Positions 12,745 to 25,699 of a stretch of DNA of 64,000 nt are shown in pieces. Where the stretch lies: NCBI GenBank assembly GCA_964270895.1, contig OZ185441.1. One strand, 5' to 3'. The first letter of the stretch is position 1; every line of letters begins with the position of its first letter. Made by a program: the position numbers and the translations under genes. Below the pieces are notes generated by a model. The model was not told the DNA's origin. It searched no databases and saw only the letters and a list, made by a program, of their open reading frames with translations. Origin of the DNA: Podarcis filfolensis (lineage: Eukaryota).

Positions 12745-13151
12745 CCGTATTTTTTGCTCTATAAGATGCACTTTTTCCCTCCTAAAAGGTAAGGGGAAAT
12801 GTGTGTGCATCTTATGGAGCGAATGCAAGCTGCACAGCTATCCCAGAAGCCAGAACAGCAAGAGGGATCACTGCTTTTGTTGCGCAGCGATTTCTCTTGC
12901 TGTTCTGGCTTCTGGGATAGCCACATGAAGCCTCCTCAGGGCAGCGGAAGAAACGTTCCCCCTGCCCTGAAGAGGCTTTGCGTTGCTTTCGCAGAAGCCA
13001 GAACAGCAAGAGGGATCGCTGCTTTCACTGCGCAGCGATCCCTCTTGCTGTTCTGGCTTCTGGGATTCAGAATATTTTTTTTCTTGTTTTCCTCCTCCAA
13101 AAACTAGGTGCGTCTTATGGTCTGGTGCGTCTTATAGTGCAAAAAATAAGG
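12745..13151. mobile_element. Tc1/mariner-superfamily (Tc2/pogo-like) MITE, 407 bp, with internal hairpins
   Basis: 27-bp TIRs starting CCGTATTTTTTGCTCTATAAGATGCAC (24/27 match), TA duplication at 12743-44 and 13152-53. Confidence 0.88.
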
Positions 13152-13308
13152 TAACTCCTGGGGCCACTGCACACGCTTAGAATTTAGCCCAAGGTGAAGA
13201 AAAACGTCTGCCTCCACCCATTCACATGCAGAGGTTTATCAGGATGGGACTTGAATCTTATTTCAACACTGGTGGAGACAAAGCCTCTCCTCCTCCCAGA
13301 GGGGAGGG

Positions 13309-14081
13309 GTTGTGAGCAGGAGCAGCCTCCCGCGGGGGCAGGGAGCCGTATTCGGCTCCCTGCTCCTGATTGGTTCTGCTGCCACGACCAAGCCTCCCAG
13401 CCGACCAATAGGGCCGGCTGGTAGGCGAGGCTAAATGCGTTTAAACAGCCACAGCAGCCCTCTTCTCTCAGTCTGTTCCTGCTTCCTTCGGATCTCCCAC
13501 CCTCCCTCCCTTTTAGGTCAGCTTCTTTTGCATATTGACCTTGCTATGGACTTTGGTTGGTTGCCTTGGTTGCCCAAGGGGCCTGGTAGGACTTTTTTAT
13601 CCATTTGGCAAATTGGCACCAGCCTCTTGGGTTTTTCCGCCTACCTCCTAGCAATTCGTCACAACTTTCTGGTATTGGCGGTTAGGCATTGGAATATGTG
13701 TGCTGTGTTGGAGGATTGGGTATGCGCCATCATCTACCCCTCCTCTTTTGGATATTCCGTTAAAGGAATCCGGCGGTCGTGGATCCTGTCCAATGCCCTG
13801 TTAGTGGCTAGGGCCATGGCACGACCCCCGGTGACATCATGGGGTTGCTTCCAGTTGTATTTGCATGAACAAGCTCCTCCCATTGGTTGTTAACCCTGAT
13901 ATGACTCCCGGCTGGGTGTGATGGAGTCTTGTAATGCTGTTTCATCCAATGCCTAAGCCAATACTACTCACATGCTGTAACCAATAAAAGTTGTGGCCTA
14001 ATTTTGCCCATTAACCTAAAATAACGTGTCTGTGTGTCTTATTATAATCCTTTGCGGGTGGAGGGTCCTCGACTCACAACA
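13309..14081 (+). mobile_element. LTR of a Gypsy-like/ERV-like retroelement, ~770 bp
   Basis: Termini (g)TTGTGAG ... CTCACAACA, CCAAT boxes at 13368-73 and 13406-10, AATAAA at 13983-88, purine run GAGGGGAGGGG just upstream (possible polypurine tract). Confidence 0.7.
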
Positions 14082-15474
14082 GTGTCCTGAGGGCAGGAAA
14101 CTAGCCTAGTGGGTGCATAGCAGTCTGCACAATTCATGCAGTGGTGTCCTCCAGCACCTCACCACCACTCCGCTTTGCCCAGCATCTGCCAAGGCGATCG
14201 CCTCATTCTACCTAATGGCAGAGCTGGCCCTATGTGAAAATGGCCAAGTTTCAGCCCAGTCAATTCTTGCCATGTTATTTAAGAACTTTTGCAAGGGCTT
14301 CTCTGATGAAATCAAAACATTAACAAAAATATGAGGCATATCTCTAATTTTAAAATGCATTTTCATTTTTATAGGATTTGATATTATTTATGCAGGAATT
14401 CTGGTAAAGAAGAAATCTGACATACGTAACAGACACAATCCAGCATAGAATTAGACTGAACTGTATGTTGGATTGTGGCCAGTAGGCATTGATTTTCTTA
14501 AAAACTTCCATGACTCTCTAGTCGTACACTAATGATCTAGATTAGTTCATGTTCCAGTAAATTCAATGTTTTTATGTTTTAAGAAGCTTATAAAATATAA
14601 CCAAGTATATGCTACCCATTGCATTAAGAAGACTGCATTATAGAAAGGCTGTTAAAATGAGTTCATAATGTATTATGCATGATGGAGGCAAATATGTGAT
14701 ATTAGTCAATAACATTAGCCTAACATGACATCACCCACTGTAACTGAACAAAGAAAGGTTGCCTTATTACAAACTAATGTGTTCCAACTTAATGAAGCGG
14801 CTAAGGAAAGAGACTTTCCAGCTTTTGAGCGCATTCATGTCTACCACCAAAGTAAAGGATGGGGAAGTTTGTAAGTATTGAATGAAGGGGCTATATTTGG
14901 GAGTGAGAGCTCCACCTCCCCGGGAACCCTGCAACAAAGAGGATTTTCATGACACAGCTGTATCATGTGTCATGAAACGAAGGCTGACAAAAAGAAGGCC
15001 GCATAGCCTCTTTCTCTTCTTCCTATGGGAGAAATGCACAGAGGGACAGATTTGCCCATTTGCCTAAAAAAACCTATTGATTGTATATTGTCTAGAGTAG
15101 ACTCCATTGTACAGCTCAATGATTAAGCCCCTTTGTGGGAAGAAATGCTGGTTATACTGGAACAGTGTCCGGGTGTTGGTTTACGAGTTGATGTTGTTTC
15201 TACTAATTGACTGAAAGAAAAAGACTTCTCTGATTTGTTTGTTTGCTTGTCCACATCCTTACTCGGGGGTAGTTGCCTTTGGTGATATATTTTTGTATGA
15301 CTTTACAGCCGTATCATGGCAAGGACTTGGTAGTTTCAATGGCTCCCTCCTTGTGCGTGAAGTCAAATGGTTGGTGGCAGCTCAAAACTCTCAGTTTTGC
15401 TCTTTCCTTGAGTTCAGCTTCTGAATACCCATTTCCCATGCCTTTTGTTGATGTTGCTGCTGTTTTATTTCCCC

Positions 15475-15772
15475 TATTTATTTATTTATTTGGTTTTTTT
15501 AGCATAACATTTTCAACAATTATTAAACATACTTTTATATCTTATACAATCACGTCTGGAAATTTTCCAATCTTTTTAACTTAATTTACATTTCTTACTT
15601 TCACTATTACATTTAAATATCATAACTAATATCTCTCACCTTTCTCTTCTTTGCAATATTTCTCCTTACAAAACTTCTTGTAGTCCTACTAGCATAATTT
15701 GTTGATTACAGTCGCTCTTCAAATAGTTGGTATATTTCTTCCAATCTTCTGTAAATCTCTTATTTCCCCTAT
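15475..15772 (-). mobile_element. L1-type LINE 3' end (ORF2 C-terminus plus 3' UTR and A-rich tail)
   Basis: Minus strand encodes NKRFTEDWKKYTNYLKSDCNQQIMLVGLQEVL* (stop at 15666-68), resembling lizard L1 ORF2 termini, followed by an AT-rich UTR. Confidence 0.65.
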
Positions 15773-15950
15773 TTAGCTACCATAAACCATGGCATTCTGG
15801 ATATCTGATTAGAGTGAGAATCAGATTGCTAAATGTTATCCTTTGGGACTATTTCCCTGCAACCCGGTATTTGTGCTATTCAGTTCCACTGGTTTCTATT
15901 TTATCCTCTGTACTGTTTAACATCTACGTAAAAATACTGGGGTCATCCAG
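15773..15950 (+). mobile_element. Degraded L2-type reverse transcriptase fragment
   Basis: Remnants of 'TINHGIL' and 'VPLVSILSSVLFNIYVKILG', matching the GVPQGSILSP.LFNIY RT motif. Confidence 0.6.
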
Positions 15951-15965
15951 GAGGTTAATGGCTGT

Positions 15966-16140
15966 GGGAAGGGCCGAGGCTCAGTGGTAGTGCATCTGCA
16001 TTGTATGCAGAACATCCCAAATTCAGTCCTCCTGCCTGAAACCTTGGAGACGCACTTCCAGTCAGTTTAGGCAACACTGAGCAAGATGGGGCAATGGCCT
16101 GACTCAGTAGAAGGTTCCTATCCAGCTTCCTGGGTTCTTA
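15966..16140 (+). mobile_element. Squam2-like tRNA-derived SINE with internal deletion
   Basis: Head gggaagggccgaggctcagtggtagtgcatctgc (box A-like), body cctgcctgaaaccttggag...ccagtcagt...ctgactcagta, tail ttccta. Confidence 0.7.
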
Positions 16141-19100
16141 TCCAGCTTTCGCATCAACCTGTTATAGAAATGCAGTTAATATGCATATGCATGTTTCTAG
16201 CTTTGTAAATGGCTGCAGGGAAGTCTAAGCAGCCTAGGAACTATTGGAAACAGGTGGAGAAGAGAATTTAGGTTTTTCTCTCTCTGCCACAGTCCTGGGG
16301 GGGAATGCTTATCATATGCTACTATTTGCATTTCAAGGGAAGCATCCATTGGCATCCCTGGCTTCTGATAACTGGTTTTTGATGGGATCATGGCAGAGAG
16401 AGAAAGAGTTAAACTCTTCTTCTCACCAGCATGACCCCAAAGCTGTTCAGGTTTCTTTGTGGCTGCTACTTACACAACAAAAACATGTACATTAACTGCA
16501 TTCACACATTTAAGGTCACATTCTACCTTGGCCCTAGGTCTTGTTATTTTCCTCTTTGCTGGATGCTTTCACTCATTTTGTTGTTGTACTGGTATTTATT
16601 TTGTGCTTTTAATGAATGTGTATTGGGAGGGTTCACTGGTTTGTTTTGTTTATCATTGTGCACTTAATTTTTGTCTTGTTGCTTTTTATTTGCAAGCCAC
16701 TATTGAATTGTGGGCAGAAATATTCATCCAAGGCCAATCAAGTCTTCTTTTTATTTTGCTTTATTTTACCATTGTTGTCACCGTCACGAGTGGTGACATT
16801 TGGTTGTCGTCTGTCAGAACAAAGCATTGAGCACAAGAGAAAATTGCAAAACAGGGTTATCTGTCAAGCATGTTACTTGTCAGGAAAGATCTATGAGTTC
16901 TAGCTGATAAAAAGAATCTATGGGTTTTAACCAATGCTAGTCCTACTCAGAGTAGACACATTGAAGCTAATGAACCCAAGGTCATCACATTCACTAACGT
17001 CAATGAGTCTTCTTAGAGCTGAGATAGCGTTGGAGACAACCCAGTGTTTCAGAAAACTTTGGAACACATCCATCAGAACATAGGTTAGCAAATGTATGTA
17101 AACTGATAAAATGCATGTAAAATGTACATTCATGCAAAATGAGTGTATTCTTCCCCACCCACCCCATTAATTGGCTAAACTATTTATTTCTGATTAGCAT
17201 ATTCTTTGCCTAACAGTTCCCTCTGAACTATGTTCATAACATTGTATAGTTTTGTCTCACATTTTAAAGTATTGTTTGCCCTTCTGTTTTTATGCAGATG
17301 TGTGGGAAGCATGTCTTGCACCGTATTTTGGATCTGTGTGCCTGAAAAATCTCAAATCTAAATTCCAGGGGAGAGCTACAAGAAAAACAATTTTGAAAGA
17401 AGGCAAGACAAATCAGAGGTCCTAATTCCCTCTGCTGCAACTCTCCAAGCTGTGATGGCTTATATAGCCAAAACAGAACCACCTAAACAAAGAGGAGAGA
17501 GAATCTAGCTGCCCATAGGACTGGTGTTTTCTCCTTAATCCAGCACTGTCTCAGTTCTGACTCCTTGTCTCCCAGAAGACCTTGCTGGGGTTTCTGCTGC
17601 AAAAGTATTTTGTCCAAACAAGCAACAGATGGATTTTCAGAAAACAAAGAATCAAATGTGCAGATCTCTTCCAAGACAGGGACCCAGGGACAGGGAGCCA
17701 AAAGCATCTCTTACATGACAGTCCATTGTCCAAAGATATCAGAAAGAGTGTGGTCATTTTGGCTTCAATCCTGCTTGAAGAAAGTGATTAGCTATTCCTA
17801 CCCATGGTCATTATTCTGTGTGGACTCATCCAATATTTTAAACACAGTTGTTTTTTGTTAGCACATCTATCACAGAGGCACCTGAATAAGTCCCAGGAAA
17901 AGTGTATCTTATACACTGATTAGGGTAAATTGAGATTCCAGGTTTTTAATCCAAAACACACCATAAGAATGATTCTCTAACGGACTCAGTTTCACTCAGC
18001 TGTGCTGTGGCTGGTTTTAGCTCTGGGCTGGCATGAACATCGGCTGTGGAAGCAGCTCCAGTGTTCAGCTCATAGCAAGGAAAAATTCTTTTCTTTTTTT
18101 TCTCTAGGCTTGTTTGAATGCATCCATCTGGACCTTTACTACTCATTAGATTTATTTGTGATGGAGGGTACTAATGCACTGAAGGTTTGAGTGCTTGACA
18201 ATAACACAAGCCAGCTCAATGTCATGTGGAAAAAGAAAATGGGCCATTTGAAATGAGCAGCTTCTGTGCTGGGTTCTGTGAACCAGTTCACTCCAATTTA
18301 GCCATCCTGTAGATAGAAATCCATTCAAGCTGCCAATGGCTAGGTGGTGGCCAGTTTTAACAAAGCTCATCATAACACTCCAGTTTGCATTCTATAGCAC
18401 TTACTGTACTAAATGTCCTCAATAAAGTTACAAATATAGACTGAATTGCTATTAAACGCAATCACAGACAACGAGAAATGCTGTGATTCCATTTTAACAA
18501 AAGGATATATACAGACTTCCATCTGCATTTGTAGGGCACCAGAAAGGCATAATTTGCCTTGTTGTTGTTTTTAATTATTTTATTTATAAGCACAAATATG
18601 CAAAAAATATATGAACACTGCGGGACAACAATAAAAGGAGCAGTGCAGATAATTACAATATTTGATGTGCCAGAGATATTGATACAGAGGTTGTTTAAGA
18701 GACCCAAATTTCTTTCCTTGGTGCAGACAGATAAGTTTGGTAGTTTTTGTTATGTGAATGGTGCCATGGACCCCCTGCATGGGTTACATGGACCCCCTGA
18801 GGTCTGTGGGCCACCAATTGCGAACCACTGGTCTAGTTAACCAAAGGGTATTCCACCTCTTTTCAGTTACAGTCATCTGTATATCAAAAGAGCTTGGGAT
18901 AGTAATCAAGAGCCTGTGCAAATTTCCAAAAGTTCATCATAGAGAATGGACACCAGCCCCTTCCCTCAGTTCCTTGATTTGAATCTAGTGAGGCTAGAGA
19001 GTAGGGCACCTTTTCTTAGCCACCCACAAGTAAACAATTCATTGGCTGTATAGGTTATTACTCTAATATCTTTGAAAGAGTACTAGTGTGAAGCAACCTC

Positions 19101-22000
19101 TACCATGGAGCCTCATCCAAGAAAAATTCAGCCCAGCATCATGGTCAGAAACCTCACATCAGGAATGAGGAACAGATGCTATTGCACTCCAGCTCCCACC
19201 AGCCCTTGCCAGCATGGTTGATGATGAGGGGTGATGGGAGTTGCACTCCAGCAACAGCTGGAGGGCCATAGATTCCCTATCCCTGCCCTAGATGCTTGCC
19301 TTCCAGACCTCTTCAAACAGCAGTGTAAAGTAATGCTGGTCATGAATATAGATGAGAAGCGATTTACCATCCAAGCATAGCTCCATACTCACCCAACCTA
19401 TATTGCCTTGGAAACCTGTATTCTGTTTCATTGCAACTAAGCTTGCCTTCTTTGTTTCATCTTAGAAGGCTCCTGTGCTTGTAGTAGCTGAAGTTTTCGC
19501 CAGCATAGAGAAGCAATGAAACCTGACCCATTGAAGGCATGCCTGCCCTGCGGTTGTCAAAGGCAAATGAGAGCCTGCTCGGGAGAAGGTTGCAAGGCTA
19601 TTGCAACTGGGCAATTAAAGTGTGTAAAACGACAGACCCCTGTGATGCTTTGAAAAGACGGTCTCTTTGCTGAGCATCCAGAAGACAACCAAAGGCCCAG
19701 AGTGGAAGGGAAGCCACTAAGACTATTGCTCTGCAGCCTAACAGGATTCCAGGAAGAAATTAGCAATAACTTGCCTAAAAGGACACTACCCTTCTTCCAA
19801 TGGGGTCTCAGGGAGGAGGTGACCTCCAACATGTGTTTGATCCGAACTGTTTTGGGATATGTAAGTTAGAAACAGCACCAAAGTGGGTTAGAATAGTAGC
19901 TTCACTTTTTTTTACAGCCAGCACCACTGGTTTACTCTGATGTGCACTATGCACCCATTTGGTTAGGTGTCTCGTTATAATCTTCATTGTTTTTTCATAA
20001 ACTTTTCCCTTTCCCTCTTTTAAAAACCATAGTGGCACTGTGGTGTGACCCACTTTAGGACATTTCTAGATCCAACCAACTGGTCAAAAAACTATGTTTT
20101 GGACTATTTTCAATTAATACATGAAAACACTTGAAAAATACTGTGATTGGGTTGAACCCACAATTCCCTGACTTACCATATCAGATGAAAGTGCCAATTA
20201 GCCGATGCTCAAATTGCTTATCTTTGTCACAGCCCCCTTACCTTTGGTTTTAGAAGACTATGGGGAGCATGAACTGATAAAGTATGGGGGGAGGGACACA
20301 GGGTTGGCTTTTGTACGTCATTTTGGAGGGGGGGCTATAGTGAAGAACCACAAAATATCCTGTGGCATACTGTTTTCTCTGTAAAAGCCCAAAATAACAG
20401 TGTCTGTATATGAGTGAGAGGAAGAGAGCAGAATAGTATACCCTTAAAACCCAGAGATCTTCCGTTCTCCTTGATTCTAAACTTAGCTCTGCCACTGGTC
20501 CAACTGTACAGATGACTCACTCGACTTCCTTGGATTTAAATCATCCGTCTTAGAAAACTTGTTAAAGAAATACGTCACAGAAAATTAAATGTTGTCTCTA
20601 AGTTTAGCTACGCTGCCCAGAGTATAAATATTTTAACTTTCATGAATTCCTATCTCCTTTTCATCTGAAAAGCTTGTTTATAAAGGAAAAGAAATTTTAA
20701 TGTGCAGTTTTATGGGTCATTTTAATGTGCTGTTTTATAGATTGACTCTTTTATTCTTAGGTTTTTGACGTAACAGCCCACAATTGATTACAACTTTAAC
20801 CATGTTCAAGGTTGTTTCATTCCAGCACAGCCCACACAATGTTCATTCTCTCTGGCTTTGAGGTGTTGCTTGTCTAAAAAAAAAGGCAATTCTTGAGCCC
20901 TCCTGATAGCATTCTGCCATTAAACTGTTACTCAAATCAGGGCCATAGACAGGATAGCTCAGTGGCACATACGGTGAATTTTTTTATAGGGAAACAGTTA
21001 GGGCCAGAAACAATTGTGTTATTTTTTGCAATAAAGAATTCTGTACAAACTATCTGCCATGTACATTTTTTTTGACTGCGGAGCACTCTTGACAGCCGCA
21101 GCCAGTGGTCATGTTCTCCAATATACCCCACCAAGAGTTTTGGGGTGGTAGGGGAGGCCTCTTGTCAATGCACCCTGTACCTCCCTACTGGCAAGGAGGT
21201 CAAAGCCACAGCTGAGCCAACAGAAGAAGACAGTCGCCTCCACAGGGCCTTTCCACACACACAAGGGAAACAGGTAGTTGCCTAATACGAGTTCAGACCA
21301 GTTATCCATCAGTGTTGCAGACTGTGAATGGCAGCAGCTATGTAAGTCTTGGACACTGTTTTTCACCTTGTCTGCTACGTCATCCGTGTTCAAACTGGCC
21401 CCTCCCTACCCATAATTCTAGGTCTAGAGACACACAAATGGTGTAATTCTTCACTGTGTCATTTATAAAGCTGGTGACCTTTTAAAAGTTTGAGGCCTGT
21501 GTGGCACTATTCTGTGGCATGATTTGCCACTTGACATCAGGGTAATGCAGTAGAACAGGGAAGTCTTGCAGACAGAGCATATGTGCTTTGGATTTAAGTC
21601 CTTCTTGATCACCTGTCATGTGCTCATCGTACGGTCTTTCTTGTGCATGTCATTTGCTCACAGCCTCAAAAGCACTACCCACAATACGGGAACAAGAGTA
21701 GTCTCACCACATGGTTGCTATGAGAGGAAAATGCAATGAAGAAAATTAAATGTGCTAGATAAATAGCTGTTGGATACCACCTTTTAATCGGTGAATGCTG
21801 CTACATTTTTGCAACTTTCCTTCCAGAGAAAATTGTATATGTATAGAATTCTTATTTGCGATGTTTGAAAAATTCAGTACATTTATTTTTTTTAGTTGGC
21901 CTTAAGGAACTGGACAACTTTCAGTACCCTGGTTAACTACCTTGATGATTTCCATTTTATGGCCATGGCAGGGGGTGGTATGTTCTAGGTTAAAAACTTT

Positions 22001-22123
22001 AGAAGATAAGAAGAGACCATTGGATCAGGCTAATGACCCACCTATTCCAGCATTCTCATAGTGGCCAACCAGATGCCTATGGGAAGGCTGAAAGCAAGAT
22101 TTGAACACAACATCACTCTCCCC
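22001..22123 (+). mobile_element. Interspersed repeat resembling a lizard CR1 LINE 3' UTR
   Basis: ataagaagaga...ggatcaggctaatg...ccagcat...agtggccaaccagatgcc, recognised from memory of squamate repeats. Confidence 0.5.
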
Positions 22124-24936
22124 ACTCATGTCAGACCTGGCTTTCTAGTCCAAGCAACAGAGCATCCAATATAACAACTGCTGCAGAGAATTCGGGCCTC
22201 CCAGAAGAGCATGGTAAGGTGAGAAGGAGGTGGCATTCTGCAGCTTTTAATGGTTATGGGCATCCCATGGAAGGAAAGAGTTGGTGCTTTTCCCTTGTTG
22301 CTCTCAAGGTGTTTTATTTGTCAACAGGTTGCTGGAAAAGGAAGGAATGAGGGCGGGTTGTTATTTGTGGCCATAGTAGGGTGTTCCGGATCAGCCACAA
22401 AGCAGCAAACACAAGGGCTAGAACACAACATGGCCTTAGCCAGTGGCTGACCATCTGATTGCGAGACAGGTCAGCATGGCATGATTTGGGACTGTCTCCT
22501 GCCAACTGTTTTTAAGTATGGTTGGATTCAGCAGTGCTGTGATGATTTGAGGCTATTGAAAGAACAAGTCCTGGTTTTGGAGTTACACAGCACTTTGGTG
22601 GAGGCATATTTTGTGATCAAATGCATTTATACCATGCATAGTTGGGAGGAGGTTGACGCTAGTGACTTAAGCAGAGCTCAAAAGGAAATGACTAGAAACC
22701 TACATTTGGCATTGTCCAGGATGGAGGGAAGTATATGTCTCACTATGAAATTAAACATTCTAGGGAAGAACTGCACAGGACAGATGGGATTTATCGGGCT
22801 GATATCAGTCATGATATCTACCCACAAACATCACAACAACTTTATGGCTGCTCAGCATAATATTGTATTAATGTGTCTGGTGGATGGAAGGAAGGAAGAG
22901 TCGCTGGCATGGCTGTTGCCTTCAGGCACTAATAAGTTCCTTTGCGTGTGCCAGAAAAATCAGTGTATCATAGAAGTCCTCTTAGGATGCAAATCACTGT
23001 TTACTTAATATCCTCCTGCCAGGAGAAAAGATCTCCCAGCTATAAAGGAGCAGAAATAGACTGGATCATGACATACACACCAGCCCAGAGCAATCCATAC
23101 AATCAATGTTTGTGTTTGCTGTTAACTAGATGTTAACCTCATGAAATCTGCTCGTTGGAGGTCAGGTAATTGTCCCCTAACAGCCTAGCCTCTCACTGGC
23201 TTGAATGGAACTAACTCAAGTTCTGTAACTTTTCCTTCTGCACCAGTGAGTCTCTCTTCCAAGTATCACGGTGTTAAGGCACCTTTTCCAAGCTTAGGTT
23301 TTTACTGAAGTAGCACATCATCTTGGAGTGGGCCTGTTGCTCCTGCTGCTGCTGCTGTTTCTACGACTTCCTAGTTTTGCCATCTTGGAGTGGTTTGATT
23401 ATTTCTGGTACTGAATAAAGAAGCATAGGAGGATTGTTTTTCTTTCTCTAATTTAAATGTGGAGTAGCTTTTTACACTCTAGCTAAGAACAGTTTCTAAT
23501 CTGCTGGAATGACGGTAATCACAAGCATAACAAGGATCTGGAGTATTTCCAATTATTTCCCACACATTTAACTGAAGGCTTCCCCTTAGAATACCCTACT
23601 ATGAATCCTTATGCTGTCAGTTCAACCTGGTTCCCAGGTAGCAGGCACCGTTCTCAAAGGAGCCCCTTACCTCTCCACACACTGGTGGATGGGACTTGAA
23701 GCAACGCTTTTTAGAGTAGTGGAGCCGTGTTTTTGACTGAGTGGTCCTACTGCTGTTGCTTTGTACCTGAGTACAAATAGGTGCAACTTGAAACTGGAGT
23801 GCTTAGAGCATTGATAGCACTGGAGAAATGGAATGTTTTAAAATGTATCTGAACGTTTTGTGTTTTTAGAACAGTCTTCCCCAGTCTGGTGCCCTCTAGA
23901 TATTTTGTACTGTGTGACACATCAGCCCCAGCCAGAGGCTGCTGGGAGTTGTGTTCCAAAACATTTGGAGGACAAGTTAACCACCCATGCTTTAGTTTAG
24001 CACATCCTCTTTATTATAATGAATATTGCACTACTGGGAATTCCTGGGCTGTCCATTACTGCTCATTCTTAACCATGTTTCTTAGGGCCCCACAAAATGT
24101 CCTTTTTATGGAGTATGCGTCATGATTTTGTGATGGTATCAGGGTGGTTAGATGCATTCCTGCTATCCGTGTTGTTTGTGCCTTCTAAGGTTTGGGGGCA
24201 GTATTTCTGTTTTGTTTCAGTGCATGTCCCATGGTTTCCTACTAAAATCCCGTAACTTTTCATATCACAGACATTTGCAGGGAGGAGGGCATGTGCCGCT
24301 TCTGTTGCACTATAGTGCAAGCGTGCTCCTCCAGATGGAGAGAATGCAGTAACACTCGTGACAGAATGGCTAAGAAAGCAGCAGGATGTGCACACAGCCC
24401 AGTGTAAATCCACCACTCGTGCACTCTTATTGTGTTAATGACAAGTTGCAGAAAACACCCACAAAAAGACACCAGTCTGGAGGGGCCCATGGAAAGTCCT
24501 AAAGAAAGTACTAAAGAGACAGACCTGCTGAATTTGCTGGGGTTTATTTCACAGAAAACATGCATGGAATAGAGCTGCAGGCCTGATCACGGATTCACCT
24601 CCAGGAGACAGTCTATGTTTACTCCAAAATAAATCCCATCACGTTTTTAATGAGATTTACTCCCCAGTTAGTAAGCCTGGTTTCAAAAGTGCAGCTCTTG
24701 AACACAATCCAGAAATACCCGTGCCTAATTCCTACAGAATTCAGTTGTACAAGAGGGCCCAGTGAAGAGTTGAACAGCATGATCCCGTTTACTCCCAAGA
24801 AAGTCCCCTTGAGGTTTCCTCTGAGAAAGTGTGTAGGATCACACTGCACATCCTATTAATTTCAACGACATTTAAACATGGATGGTAACGTTCTTCGGAT
24901 AGTTGCCCCACATCTGTTTGACTTGACTTTCTAAAG

Positions 24937-25069
24937 CAGGTGTGGCTAAACTGTGCCCCTCCAGATGTTGCTGGACTACAGTTTCCATCATTCCTGACCA
25001 CGCTGGGTGGGGCTGATGGGCCAGGACCAGTCCAACAACATCTGGCAAGCCACAGGTTCCCCATTCCTG
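24937..25069. mobile_element. hAT (Charlie-like) palindromic MITE, 133 bp; related decayed copies near 8135-8240, 19160-19295, 48721-48858, 55890-56010
   Basis: CAGG...CCTG ends, inverted ccagatgttg / caacatctgg arms, 8-bp TSD TTCTAAAG (24929-36) / CTCTAAAG (25070-77). Confidence 0.8.
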
Positions 25070-25699
25070 CTCTAAAGTCAGATAGCTGAGAGACTTAAAC
25101 CATTCCTTCAAGAGCAGCTGCAACAAATTCATTGGAGTGTACATAAGAGCTGGCTCTCAAAGTGATTGGAGGATCCCTATAATAAGTAGGAGAAAGTAAA
25201 GCTTTATTTCTTTTTTTAAAAAAACCTGATTATTTTGAATGAGTTGGCTGGGGTGGCTTTTGCTTTTGGTTCCTTCTCTCGATTGTGTCTGAAGTTGCAG
25301 TTCCAATAATTTCCTACTTGATTATATTGTAGAAGCATCAAATAAGAAAGGTGGGGGGAAGAAGAAACCCTACAGGTTAAAATAAAATGTTATAGATTTC
25401 ATTAAAAATAAAATAATCAGAATCATAATTTAAGAGGTTATTTCCTGGTGGAAATCCATTTGCACTGTCTCCCCCAAACATTAGACGAAATGGCATTGTT
25501 TACAAAAATTTATTAATACAAACTTTACACACTTTGAAATAACAGTTCTCAAAGTCCTATTGATGGAAACCACGGGTGTTTTACTTTTTGCTGTAGTGCT
25601 TTTTTGATACTCAAGTTGCTACACAGAAGGAAGAAAAAATATATAGATATAGATAGATATCTCCAAAATACTGACATCTAACCTCAGTGATCACTGGAT

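Noticed and set aside
21100-21400. Possible exon or retroelement-coding remnant (94-aa minus ORF)
   Set aside because: No motif recognised in any frame and no convincing splice-site pair.
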